DNA of 64,000 nt, from positions 195,233,345-195,297,344 of the forward strand of contig NC_092374.1 in the NCBI RefSeq assembly GCF_030028105.1, written 5' to 3'. The notes beneath the pieces were generated by a model. It worked only from the letters and a program-made list of their open reading frames with translations, was not told the origin of the DNA and searched no databases. A program made the position numbers and the translations under genes. This document shows, piece after piece, positions 1 to 11,873 of this stretch; the stretch's first letter is position 1, and every line of letters begins with the position of its first letter. The stretch comes from Mobula birostris (Eukaryota).

Positions 1-103
1 CTAAATAATAAACATAACAATAAATAGTAAAACACAACAGCCACATGTCAGTTAAAATCAAGTTATAAGTGTCCAGTACAAGTTAAAAGTGTCCAAAGCA
101 GAG

Positions 104-995
104 TCAGGTGGAGCAGCTATTTAGCAGTCTGACTGCCTGTGGGAGGAAGCTGTTTAGTAGCCTTGTGGTTTTAGTTTTGATGCTCCTGTAACGTTTGCCT
201 GAGGGCAGAAGAACAAACAGTTCATGTAGAGGGTGTGAGGGGTCTTTAATGATGTATCGTGTCTTCTGGAGGCATCGACTCTGAAAGAGGTCTTGGATAG
301 AAGGTAAGGAGACCCCAATAACCTTCTCTGCTCCCCTAGCCACACTCTGCAAGGCTTTTTTGTTGACACCACTGCAGCTGGAGTACCAAGTTGTGATGCA
401 AAAGTTCAGCACACTCTCAACTACGCCTCTGTAGAATGTAGTTAAGATGTTAGTGGGGAGTGATGCTTGTTTAAGCTTCCTCAGAAAGTGCAATCTCTGC
501 TGGACCCGTTTCACAATCCCAGTGATGTTCCTGGACAAGGTGAGATTGTCCGAGATCTGCACCCCAAAGAACTTGATGTTTTCCTCTCTCTCCACTGTGC
601 AGCCGCTGATGCTGAAGGGTGTGTGCTCAGGCTGAGACCGTCTGAAATCGAGGATCATCTCCTTGGTTTTGGTGACATTAAGCATCAAGTTGTTATCCTT
701 GCACCAGCTTGCTAGGTGTTTGACCTCCTCCCTGTACATTGTTTCATCATTTTTGCTGATGAGCCCCACCACTGTGGTATTGTGTGCAAATTTAATGATC
801 AGGTTCTCCTTGAATCTGGCTGCACAGTCATGTGTTAGCAGTGTAAACAGCAATGGGCTAAGCACACAGCCTTGTGGGGATCCAGTGCTCACTGTGATGG
901 AGTCAGAGATGTTCCTGCCAACATGGACTGACTGTGGTCTCTCTGTCAAGAAATCCAGAATCCAGCGACACATGGCAGTGCTCAGGCCAAGCAGC
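104..995 (-). mobile_element. 5'-truncated non-LTR retrotransposon (Rex1/Babar-like, CR1/L2 group) reverse-transcriptase C-terminal fragment
   Basis: ORF 104..1153 carries [26 protein letters not shown], a decayed FADD motif ([13 protein letters not shown]) and the C-terminal [39 protein letters not shown]. The part above about 995 belongs to the adjacent CR1 on the other strand. Confidence 0.9.
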
Positions 996-1034
996 CACAG
1001 TTTCTCCACTAGTCTCTGCGGGATGATGGATGAT

Positions 1035-1570
1035 GGAGATGTCAGGGGTAAGTTTTTTACGCAGAGAATGGTGAGTGCGTGGAATGGGCTGCCGGCAACG
1101 ATGGTGGAGGTGGATATGATAGGGTCTTTTAAGTGACTTTTAGATAGGTACATGGAGCTTAGTAAAATAGAGGGTTATAGGTAAGCCTAGTAATTTCTAA
1201 GGTAGGGGCATGTTGGGCACAACTCTGTGGGCCGAAGGGCCTGTATTGTGCTGTAGGTTTTCTACGTTTCTATGTTTTCATGTTTCTATGTTTCTATGTT
1301 TCTATGTTGTCGGGACTGGAGGACCTGAATTATAAGGAAAGATTGAGTCAGTAAGGACTTCATTCCTTTCAACGTAAAAGTGAGAGGAGATTTGGTAGAG
1401 GTGTACAAAATTATGAAGGATAGGGAAAATGCAAGCAGGCTTTTTCCACTGAATTTGAGTGGGACTACAACTAGAGATCGTGGGTTAAGCGTGAAACGTG
1501 AAACGTTTAAGGGGAAAGTAAGGGAACACTTCTTCACTCAGGGTCTCGTAAGAGTGCTGAACGAGCCACT
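1035..1570 (+). mobile_element. Two CR1 LINE 3' fragments
   Basis: CR1 ORF2 C-terminal motifs [14 protein letters not shown] and MRGDLVEVYKIM...FFTQ, plus an 8-bp (TTTCTATG)n tail at about 1258-1305. Confidence 0.85.
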
Positions 1571-2239
1571 AGCGCAAGTAATGCATGTGAGCTCTATTTC
1601 AACAATTTATTGCACTAACCGATTTAATCTTTTAACAAATTTTTTTCAATGTCTGGTTCTACAATCTGAGGCCCGTTTACCTCCTGAGAACTCCGCTGCG
1701 CTGAGGCTTTGCGTACAATAGGTCTACGATACCAAGACATGGAATTAGCAAGGTTGGGTCAGTATAGTAACCGAGTTCAAGTGTGATGCCAACGCTTACA
1801 AACTACTAATCATGAGGACGATGGGTAACCCTAGGTAATTTCTAAAGTAAGTACATGTTCGGCACAGGATTGTGGGCCGAAGGGCCTGCATTGTGCTGTA
1901 GGTTTTCTATGTTCTATGTTACTATGTTTCTGTGAAAAGAGATTAGCTGGTATGTGCTTTGGTAAAAATCTTCGCTGAGATGTGGAAAAGGAAGGGATAA
2001 CTAGAGGTCACATATATAAGAAATAAATCTTTCACATCAGCAAAAAAAAACTACCAGACATTGATACGAAGTAATAGTATTTATGGATTAGGGAGAAGGA
2101 GAATTTTTTCAACTGCAATTCTAAGGCACGTTGCCTGGAAACATAGTGAAAGTGGATGACATCATATTTTCAAAGTATTGATGAGCACGGAGAGGAGTAT
2201 CCTTTCAGGCTAAGGATTTGTTGTGGATTTAAAAACGCA

Positions 2240-3185
2240 AACAACAGGAATTCTGCAGATGCTGGAAATTCAAGCAACACACATCAAAGTTGCTGGTGAA
2301 CGCAGCAGGCCAGGCAGCATCTCTAGGAAGAGGTACAGTCGACGTTTCAGGCTGAGACCCTTCGTCAGGACTAACTGAAGGAAGAGTGAGTAAGGGATTT
2401 GAAAGTTGGAGAGGGAGGGGGAGATCCAAAATGATAGGAGAAGACAGGACAGGGAGAGATGGAGCCAAGAGCTGGACAGGTGATTGGCAAAAGGGATACA
2501 AGAGGATCATGGGACAGGAGTTCCGAGAAGAAAGATGTTGGGGGGGGGGGAACCCAGAGGATGGGCAAGGGGTATAGTCAGAGGGACAGAGGGAGAAAAA
2601 GGAGAGTGAGAGAAAGAATGTGTGTAAAAAAAAAGTAAAAGATGGGGTACGATGGGGAGGTGGGGCATTAGCGGAAGTTAGAGAAGTCGATGTTCATGCC
2701 ATCAGGTTGGAGGCTACCCAGACGGAATATACGGTGTTGTTCCTCCAACCTGAGTGTGGCTTCATCTTTACAGTAGAGGAGGCCGTGGATAGACATGTCA
2801 GAATGGGAATGGGATGTGGAATTAAAATGTGTGGCCACTGGGAGATCCTGCTTTCTCTGGCGGACAGAGCGTAGATGTTCAGCAGAGCGGTCTCCCAGTC
2901 TGCGTCGGGCCTCGCCAATATATAAGAGGCCACATCGGGAGCACCGGACGCAGTATATCACCCCAGCCGACTCACAGGTGAAGTGTCGCCTCACCTGGAA
3001 GGACTGTTTGGGGCCCTGAGTGGTGGTAAGGGAGGAAGTGTAAGCGGATGTGTAGCACTTGTTCCGCTTACACGGATAAGTGCCAGGAGGGAGATCAGTG
3101 GGGAGGGATGGGGGGGACGAATGGACAAGGGAGTCGCGTAGGGAGCGATCCCTGCGGAAAGAAGAGAGAGAGGGGGGGAGGGAAA
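2240..3185 (-). mobile_element. Penelope-like element 3' portion with GIY-YIG endonuclease
   Basis: ORF 2668..3207 contains FTCESAGVIYCVRCSRCGLLYIGE..RRLGDRSAEHLRSV...PVATHFNS (GIY-YIG with the Cys motif), followed by the repeated terminus seen elsewhere in the window. Confidence 0.9.
2336..2373 (-). ncRNA. Minimal type I hammerhead ribozyme in Penelope-like terminus
   Basis: Minus strand reads TAGTC-CTGACGA-AGG(GTCTCAG)CCT-GAAA-CGTC|GACTG. This gives the core CUGANGA/GAAA, a 3-bp stem II, stem I UAGUC/GACUG, a self-complementary ACGU stem III and a GUC cleavage triplet. Confidence 0.75.
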
Positions 3186-3604
3186 GAAGGGCCAGTGACT
3201 GCAACAAATTGAACGTGGCAAAAATGTATGAATTAAGTTCTGAAAAAAATCTAGAAACTCAACTTTGTTTCCTTGTCTCCAAATGAGCCTGACGTGTTAA
3301 GTGTTTCAAACCTTTTATTTAATTTTCTTTTTTAATTGCAGACGTTGCAGCTGGTTTAAGTGTACTCTGCTCTAGTTTTTGTATTGCTCTATTTCTGCGG
3401 TGGACTGTAGATGAGATCGGCGCCACCTAGAGGCTGCACAGCGTGACTCAAATCCGTGCAGAAGTGAATTGCTGTGCGGTCACTGGACACTATCGCGTTT
3501 GACTACTTTAGTGCCTATTAATTTAGAAAAAATGCACAGTGAAACTGCACTCAGTGACCACTTTATTAGGGTACACATGTAGACCTTCTTGTTAATGTAA
3601 ATAT

Positions 3605-3890
3605 CTTACCAGCCATGGTAGCGTAGTTGTCAGCGAGGCGCTATTATAGCTGCAGGCGTCGGAATTCGGAGTGCAATGCCGACGTCGTCTGTCAGGAGTG
3701 TGTCCGTTTCTCCCCGTGAATGCATGAGTTTCCTCTGGATGCTCTGGTTTCCTCCCACAGTTGAAAGACATAACGACTAGTAGGTTAACTCGTCATTGTA
3801 AACTGTCCTGTGATTAGTCTAGGGTTAAATAGATGGGTCGCTAGGTGGTGCGGCTCAGTGGGACTATTCCGCGTTGTACCCATCAGTAAT
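3605..3890 (+). mobile_element. tRNA-derived V-SINE (HE1-like); related copies at about 24780-25060, 25360-25620, 52380-52570, 55500-55720 and 61140-61320
   Basis: tRNA-like head (GGTAGCGTAG..) followed by the V-domain-like TTCTCCCCGTG..GTTTCCTCTGGATGCTCTGGTTTCCTCCCACA. Confidence 0.7.
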
Positions 3891-4138
3891 TAATAAATGA
3901 ATGAATAATAGATAGATCAATAAATAGTGGACAGATGGGCAGAAAAATAAATAAATAGATAGATAGACAGACAAATAGACAGTCTCTAGAGTTTAGAGGA
4001 TGGTGCATGAAACAACAACAACAAAATAAAACATCCAGTGAGCGGCCTTGGTAATGAAAGGGGTGAGAGGAGAATGGTTTAGCTGGTTGAAGCTAACAGG
4101 AAGGGGACAGTCGAGCTTTGAAGTGGATGTGCTACAGT

Positions 4139-5015
4139 TGTCATGGTCCGGTCCGTGAATCCGTATTCCGGTTCACGGTCCGGTCCATCGACCCTTGCTC
4201 CAGGTTTTCCTGTCTACCCTGTTTCTGTTCTTGTTGAGCTTTAATTTAGTCAGCTGACGCTCGTTGGGGCTGGCTGCATAAATACCTTCAGAGACCAGGG
4301 TGTGGCTGCTGGATTGTTCTTGTCCTTACTCCTTGTATCCCTTCCTCTGCTTTCTGTTTCTTCGCCTGCAGCCCTGTCTTGTCTTGCCGGTAACTCTCGC
4401 TTCACCTGAAGTTCTCGTTTCGCCTTGCATTGCCTGAAGCCTTGCCTTGTCTTGCTGGTAACTCTCACCTCGACTCGCCTGCAGTCTTGTCCTGGAGACA
4501 CCCTGTAACTAGCTCTCTTCCTGTCCCTTGCCTCCGCCCAGGTAAGCCAGGCCGTCTTGCCGTTACCTGTGGTTGGTTCTGTCCCTTCCTGTCCCTTGTC
4601 TCCGTCGGGTAAACCAGGCCGTCTTGCCGTTACCTGCTGTTGGTTCTGTCCCTTCCTGTCCCATGCCTCCGTCGGGTGGTGATCCGCGCCCTGCCCAGGC
4701 GAACCGTGCCCTGGCCAAGAGGAGCCTGCCTAGCCTCAAGCCTGAAGACTTCAGCCTCGTCCTGCCTGCCTGCCAAGTCTCGTCCTTGCCTAGTTCTGGG
4801 GTCCGAGCCAGAGGCAAGACCGAGGTACTGAGTTTTTGTCCAGTCTCTGGCTCGGAGTCCAAGCCCGGGCTGCTAGCTCTCTTGTCCAGTCCTGTTCCGG
4901 GTTCCCGGTTTTCGTGTCCATGTCCTTGACCTCACCCTGTATCCTAGTCCTGTCCCTAGTACTTCAGTGTCTGTGTCTTGCACTTAGGTCCGTTCCGAGC
5001 CACCGCCTTATGACA
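4139..5015. mobile_element. Solo LTR with 5-bp TSD
   Basis: Termini TGTCAT...ATGACA, flanked by ACAGT at 4134-4138 and 5016-5020. Internal GC-rich tandem repeats at about 4380-4680. Confidence 0.85.
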
Positions 5016-5073
5016 ACAGTAGCAGAAATTCATGATTGTACACATACAGGAGGCACCTTCTCGAGGCCACTGA

Positions 5074-5075
<2 letters not shown>

Positions 5076-5130
<55 letters not shown>
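5076..5130. repeat. (GT)n(AT)n compound microsatellite
   Basis: Read directly from the sequence. Confidence 0.95.
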
Positions 5131-5131
<1 letters not shown>

Positions 5132-5799
5132 TCATTCATTTCGGTGGATATTAGCATTTTATTGAATCGAAAATACCAGGATATCTCTTGTTAGTGATAT
5201 ACACACACACACAACCGTTTAAAATTACACGTTAGATTAAAGTTTTATTGATTTCCAAGTCTAGAAACCAATAAATGGCTGTCGATTGTTTCCCGTTATT
5301 TCCGTGGTTATTTTTTTCCCTGTTGCTGCTCAACAAGTAATTCTCTTCCCGCAGGATGGAAGGTTTTGGTTTTTATTCAGTACGACTGCCATTAACCATC
5401 GCGGTCAGTCAGAGTAAACTGGATAATCATATTTAGTAAAATACAGCTTTCAGTAAGATGTCATATAAGCATGTCATCTGTGGTTAATATCTGTCATGGC
5501 CATCCAGAGAAGACAATAGAGGCAGATATAATTACGATACTTGTACGTAGTTTCGGCAGTCGATAGGAAATGCGTAGAGGTATTCGGGCCTAAAGCGGCA
5601 TATGGGATTAATGTATATTGACGTGATTTTTTGATGCTATCGTTGGATGTAATATATGTGCTGTGTTACAGAGCAATATTCTGAAAGGCAATAAAATAGT
5701 CCTTTTCTGTATTTAATAATTAGATATGCAGTCATTCTCACTCATTAGCAATAAACACAACATCAAAAGCAGTCTACTATCCCGTTTGGAAATTCCATG

Positions 5800-5960
5800 T
5801 TAGATTAATTTGTTCCTGTTGACAATTCCGCGAGACCTCTGGGAACGGATGAAGAGAACCGTTACAATGTTGATCACAAGAAATATTATAAGTTTCACTC
5901 CCATTTCAAGTAGCTGCCAACGTAAGCTCCTTCCACCGCTTTTTGTTGCCTTCATGCCTG
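5800..5960 (-). CDS. Gene A (NCR3-like, activating type): terminal stalk/TM/cytoplasmic exon, (P)GMKATKSGGRSLRWQLLEMGVKLIIFLVINIVTVLFIRSQRSRGIVNRNKLI*
   Basis: Acceptor gattgttttgttatcag|CAG (NAGNAG, 5960 or 5957), phase 1 matching the V exons. Hydrophobic TM containing a Lys, short basic tail, TAA at 5802-5800. The QL..GVK motif is shared with the gene B TM exon. Confidence 0.85.
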
Positions 5961-8299
5961 CTGATAACAAAACAATCAAAATCACTAATTACGTTTCTGA
6001 GGCCTACATCTTTCTACATAAGCGAAAAAACTAACACAGATCGAGAGCGTGGGAAGCAGCGTCTCTAGCACAGCTGCTATCCCGCGCAGCCAGCATAAGT
6101 CGTAGGAGCGTAAACAGACCATTCGGCCCTTCCAGTCTATCCCCCATTTCACCATGGCAAATTTATTATCCCTCTCCACCCCATTTTTCGTACAGACTAA
6201 GATCTCTGTTACAGCATGGGTTTCTTCCCAGTTGTGCCAGTTTCCTCTTTCATCCCAAGGACACGGATTTGTAAGTTAGTTCACAACTGCATATTACCTA
6301 TAGTGTGAAGCATAATTAATAGGAATATGGAAGAGTCGGTTTCAGGAGGATTTAGTGAAAAATGGTGTAGTCCGTGGGCCAGCATAGAACATATAAGCCA
6401 AGTGGCCTCCTCCTATGTTGTATAGGAACACGGGACTTTTCCATATTTGCGTTGGTGTAAGTCTGCTCAGGTTTTGCAACCTGTTTCTCTCCCCTGATTA
6501 ATAGTACTTTCATATTCACATTTTTTATCATTTTCCAAAACATTTCCACAGCATCCATGTTTTGTGCAGCAACAACGAATAGTTATGACTTCCGATTTGA
6601 CAAGTGCTCATTCTATGCGATAAGACAACATTTTGAAATGTCCTGTTTTAATTTTCTAGTAAATTTATTGATTGACTATTGAATACAATTAAAGCAATTT
6701 TTCTCTATCGAGATTAGTAATTGAGTTTTTATTGTACTGATTATTTAATCTTGTGGTCATTTATCGTTCTATGGCGCATTTGACAGCTAATGACGTAGGA
6801 TACTCATTGCCCGACCCCTGTCTTATCTATCCATTTTCTTTCCTTCTCTCTCTCCCTCCCTCCCTCCCTCTCTCTCGCTCTCTCTCTTGCTCTCTGCTTC
6901 TGTCTAACCCTATCTCTCTTGCTCTCTGTATATGCCTATCTGCCTGTTCCCTACACTTCTCTCTGCTCTTGCTTTTGAGAACCCTGCCAAGTACTCTGCT
7001 TATACGACAGACTTTCACTGAACATTTCGAACCATTATTATTCCCCATTTACTTCCGAACTGTTAATTTGATTGTTTAAAATTAAAGATGACATGTCTAT
7101 CATAGAAAGGTAAAGCAGTCTTATCTCTGATCACCGGCATATTGCGTTGTTTTGCAATCAGATTGACCGCAGATGGACGCGTGATGTTGTATGCCTAATT
7201 AAAGAAGCGCTTGTCACATTGTATTCCAAAAATATTTTATGCACGTCGAGTTATTAAAAATATTTCTCAGCTAGTGCTAATCCCTTTATACAAACGTTTT
7301 ATTTGCTATTTTCAGAATTGTCTATTCGCAGAATTTGATTGTGCGCGCAACAGGGAGACACAAGTGGAGCAAATTCAACCTAATGTGCACCGCTAAACAT
7401 ACACTCAGCGGCCACTTTATTAGTCACCCTTATACAACTGCTCGTCCATACAAGTATCTAATCAGCCAATCGTGTGAAAGCAACTTAATGCATATATGCA
7501 TGGAGACATGGCCAAGAGGTACAATTGTTGTTCAGACCAAACATCAGAATGGAGGAAAATGTGATTTAAAAGACTTTGACCGTGGAATGATTGTTGGTGC
7601 CAGATAGGTGGTTTGAGTATCGTAGTAACTTCTAATAAAGGGAGACGTACATTGTAGTATGCAACAGCTGACTATAGTCATTTCATCCAGATGCATTTAA
7701 CTACCTGGACGTAACTTCCCCAGATGCCATATTCTGCCATTTACTCTGCCTCAATTGGCCTGAAAAACTCGTCCACAAAAAACGGCTGTCAAGCTAGTTT
7801 TAATGCTCCGGTGACCCATGTATTTTTTTTTTTTTGCACGGTATCTTTACGATTATGTCCTTACGTTTGTTCTTGCGACTCTGTTTTAAATTCCTAATAG
7901 GAGGATATAACTTTAGAAAGCAACCATTAGTTTGGTAAGGATTACTGCAATTTCAGCAGCTACATGCTCCAATAACCAGAATAAATAGCTTCCAATGTTT
8001 GAAATGACGATCAAATCTTAATAAGGGCTGTAAGGTGATATCAAGCTCCTAGACCAAGCAGAGTATTGTTCAATATCTACTTGTATGAACCAACATGCGT
8101 GTGCCTTTCTTACTTTAATCTAAAAACTATTGAAAAACTTGCGGGATCAGAATATTGACGTCTTTCTCAACATTATAGTTGTTACCTCTATTGTAAAATT
8201 GTGTCGTGTGTTGTGCGATTCCGTCTGTTGCCTAGTTAGAAAGGTCGGGTAAAACAATCCCCACTGACAAATTGTCCAATATATTGCAACAACACACCA

Positions 8300-8620
8300 A
8301 TGTTCCTAAGGCAGCACCTTCCAGATCAACGACTAGTACCACCTAGAAGGACGAGAACAACAGATACTTGGGAACACCACCACTTTGAAATCCCCGTCCA
8401 AGTCACTCACCATCCTGACTTGGAAACATATCGCCGTTTTTTAATTGTCGCTGGGTCAAAGTCATGGATTTCCCTCCCTATGATCACTGTGGGTGTACCC
8501 ACACCTCAGGGACTGCAGCGGTTCAAGACGACAGCCCATCATCACCTTCTCAAGGTCAACTGGGGACGGGCAATAAATGTTGGTTTAGGTGGGGATACCC
8601 ACATCCCGTAAATTAATAAA
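8300..8620 (+). mobile_element. LINE 3'-end fragment (CR1/L2 group)
   Basis: WISLP...VGVPTPQGLQRFK..AHHHLLK C-terminal motif followed by an A-rich end. Confidence 0.6.
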
Positions 8621-8860
8621 TAATTTGAAAAAGGTGGTAATGCCAGTCTCTATTCAATTTGTCATTACCAGTAGCGCGATAACCTCGTCCAAGTGAACAT
8701 CTAACTCACTTTGTGAACAGTAGTAACCACCTTTAAATATTAATTATATTCCAAATATCTGTCGCTTATTTTCAAATTGATGCAGCTGTTTTTCATCTTG
8801 TGGGAGAACGATATTGGTGGGTAGAACTATGGAAATGAAGACAAATTATTGCAAACTTAC

Positions 8861-9205
8861 GTATGACTGTGACTTCCGTCCCGTTTCCAAAATGTTTTCC
8901 TTCCAATAATATATCCACTTGGCAGTAATACCTTCCTGTATCTGTCACCTTGAGGTCGCTTATTTCGATAGTTGCGCTTGGAATGCCAAATGAAGTGTTT
9001 TCCAGAACGCGACCACTATACTCACTGCACATGTTGCAAACGGATCGGCTTTTCACGTCTTTGTACCAACTGATGGCTCCGATTAGTCTGCGTCCCGAAT
9101 GAACTGTATTCTGGCTGAAGGTACAATTCAATTTAGCCGTCTCCCCTTCAGTAACAGTGACCCACAGAGGCCACTGCCTGACTGTTATTGGGACTCCGAC
9201 GTTTC
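8861..9205 (-). CDS. Gene A membrane-proximal VJ-type Ig V exon (V-A2)
   Basis: Acceptor tgtttttgcttccag|GA and donor ATAC|gtaagt; 345 bp, phase 1-1, open. V-set motifs LNC, ISWYK, DTGRYYC and a J-like FGNGTEVTV; extra CNMC. Confidence 0.93.
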
Positions 9206-10129
9206 CTGGAAGCAAAAACAATCACAATTTGAATGCCAATGTTTGGTGGCTGTCTTCGTCATGAATTATCAGAATGTTGCACTATAATGTTCTCAAATGA
9301 GTTAAACATGAATGTAGATTAATAGCTGCGTTTCCCACGCCGGGTTACCGCAATGGCCTTCCATAGAAGTGGAGTAAACAGCAAGCATTAACTGTACATC
9401 ATCTCATTTGTCATAAACATTGCCTGGACTCCGGATTAGATTCTGTCCTATTTATAAATAATACCTCTGTCCTAGTTCTATTTATGCACTCATATCTACA
9501 GATTAAACAAGCATAGCTGTTATGTCGGCTTTATTGTTTATTTAGGTATGTGAAATTAATAGTGATCAGACAGACTGAATGGGGCAAACTTGTTTCCATA
9601 GGAAATCAGTCCATAGTTTGCGGATAATGAATGTACTTTTGAACAGCACGGAAACTGGCCCTTCATGGTCAACAAGCCCGAGTCGCCCAATTACACCTAT
9701 GTCATCAGTGTTTCGATCAAGACTCGTCAAGAGGACTGAAAGATACAGAAGACATAGCCAGTATAAAAAGGAAGGGAGAAGCAAGAACTTGCATCTCTTT
9801 CCTAATGGGATATATGGTATATTCCTCTACTCTGTGGCTGTACCCTCTGGTCCTAGACGCCAATACTATAGGAAACATCTTCTCCACATCCACTCTATCT
9901 AGTCTGTTCAATATTCAATAGGTTTCAATGAGACACCCTACCCCCTCCCCACCCCCACCGTTCTTCTAAACTCCTGTGCGTACAGGACAGAATCATCGAA
10001 CGCTCTTCATACGTTAACCCTATCATTCTGCCATAAGCATTATCCTGCTTTCTGAACGAATTCAATACCATTTGGCTTTAATTCAGGTTTAAATCATAAG
10101 GAGTAATAATTTATGCACTTTAAGGCATC

Positions 10130-10432
10130 TGTTAGTCTTGCAAGACCATGGATCTGTGCCTGGAAAGTCCTCACTCTCCAGGGCGCAGGCCTGGGCAAGG
10201 TTGTATGGAAGACAGGCAGTTGCCCATGCTGCAAGTCTCCTCTCTCCACGACACCGATGTTGTCCAAGGGAAGGGCATTAGGACCGACACAGCTTGGCAC
10301 CAGTGTCGTCGCAGAGCAACGCGTGGTTAAGTGCCTTGCTCAAGGGAACAACACACTGCCTCGGCTGGGCTCGAACTCACGACCTTCAGGTCGCTAGTCC
10401 AATGCCTTAACCACTTGGCCACGTGCCCACAC
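10130..10432 (-). mobile_element. tRNA-derived SINE
   Basis: Minus strand begins TGTGGGCACGTGGCCAAGTGGTTAAGG...GAGTTCGAGCCC (pol III A and B boxes), followed by a non-tRNA body. Confidence 0.8.
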
Positions 10433-10965
10433 AATTTAGGCGCTTATATCCATAGATAAAATAAGCTCAGCCGATAAGTCGGTTTTACAGCTGGTTTAGG
10501 TGCATACTGTTGACAGGAGCGACATAAGGAGTGAAGGAAGACCTTATTACAATTAGTGGAAAAGTTATAATTTGGGGATACATGAGTACAAAGGCAATTA
10601 CTAGGACATTTTTTTCATGTTAATTGTGTCGGTGTCAGCACACTACGAAATTAACTCTTTGGAGGCAGAAGCATGAACCTTGTCTACAAAGTACCTCGCT
10701 GGACATTTCATGCGTGGTTATCTGCGACGATGGAACCGAGATAAAGTATAGTTGTAAATATATTTAGACAAGGGACGGTAATGGTCTCACACACACAAAA
10801 TTCTGAAGTAACTTTGCAGGGCAGGCAGCATCTATGGAGGTGAGTTGTGGAAAAGAGGGTTGAATTGTGAAGCTGGGAAGTGATACGTGGACAGTAGTGG
10901 TCGACATTCAGAACAGCCTGAATCTGATGGGACAACTTCTGACGCTGGTAGGTAGAACATTGTAC

Positions 10966-11247
10966 CTGACGGCAAGATTGCAGTTCCATTTCCGTTTCCG
11001 AACAGAATAAAAAACGCAACCATTATACCCGCTGCATGTGTTGCAAAAGGAATAGCTTTCCACTTCGTTTTACAGGCTGACATTTATAATTGTTCTCCCC
11101 TCCCACCCCCCCCCCCCCGCACCACCCCTCCCGAAGGTCTTGCAGTCCAACTGAGAGAGCAAGTCAGCTGCACAGCCCCCACACCCTTCACGCCTACAAT
11201 AACCCATTGAGGTGATTGCCTGATAGTTCTTCGGACACGATCAGTTC
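10966..11247 (-). pseudogene. Decayed third V exon (psi-V) between the two intact V exons of gene A
   Basis: Acceptor ttcag|GA at 11247, then (G)TDRVRRTIRQSPQWVIV..VQLTC. After a poly-G run it reads SL*NEVESYSFCNTCSGYNGCV, which aligns codon by codon with V-A1 SWYKDVEDRSVCCTCRGYKGRV. A J-like FGNGNGTAI follows almost immediately, implying loss of the D-F strands. The 3' end is uncertain (possible donor CAG|gtacaa at 10965). Confidence 0.75.
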
Positions 11248-11390
11248 CTGAATCCCGACATAATGTCAATTTCAATATCAAAGCTGCTCGGCTGTGCTCC
11301 TCGTGAACCGCACCTAAAAAGTGCCCGGACGAATACTTTTGATGTTGTAACCCGCAGATATGGGACCGGCAGGAAGGGTGACCGAAAATA

Positions 11391-11873
11391 TGCACTCAGC
11401 GGCACTTTACTAGATATTTCCTGTACCTAACGAGGTGGCCACTAAGCTCGACGACGTACTGTACGTTCAGAGATGCTCTTTGGAAATACTGTAACGCGTG
11501 ATTATTTGAGTTACTGTTGTCTTCCTGTCGGCTTGAACCATTCTGGTCATTCTCCTACGTTCCCTTTCATTAACAACGCGCTTAGATACAGAGAAGTGCC
11601 GCTCACTTTTTTAAGATTTGTTCGCCATTCTCTGTGAACTCTAGAAGCAGTGGCGAGGGAAATTTTCAGGAGATCCACACTTTCTGAGATATCAAACAAC
11701 TCCGCCTGGCACTAACAATAATTTTACAGTTAAAATCACTTATGTCACATTTCTTCCCCACGGTTAAGTGAACCACTTGACTGTGTCTCCATTGAGTTGC
11801 TGCCACTTGATTGGCTGATTAGATATTTGCATTAAGTAGCAGGTGTACAGGTGTAAAAGATCCACTGAGTATG
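11391..11873. mobile_element. Tc1/mariner-derived MITE remnant; related pieces at about 3545, 7400-7620, 40505-40790 and 41320-41388
   Basis: Repeated terminal motif TA-CACTCAGTGGCCACTTTATTAGG and its reverse complement ..CACTGAGTA at the far end. Confidence 0.65.

Noticed and set aside
9349-9388. ATG..G|gtaacc 40-bp candidate leader for V-A2 (MLAVYSTSMEGHC)
   Set aside because: It is not hydrophobic, has a weak donor, and does not match the 43-bp size of the three real leaders.
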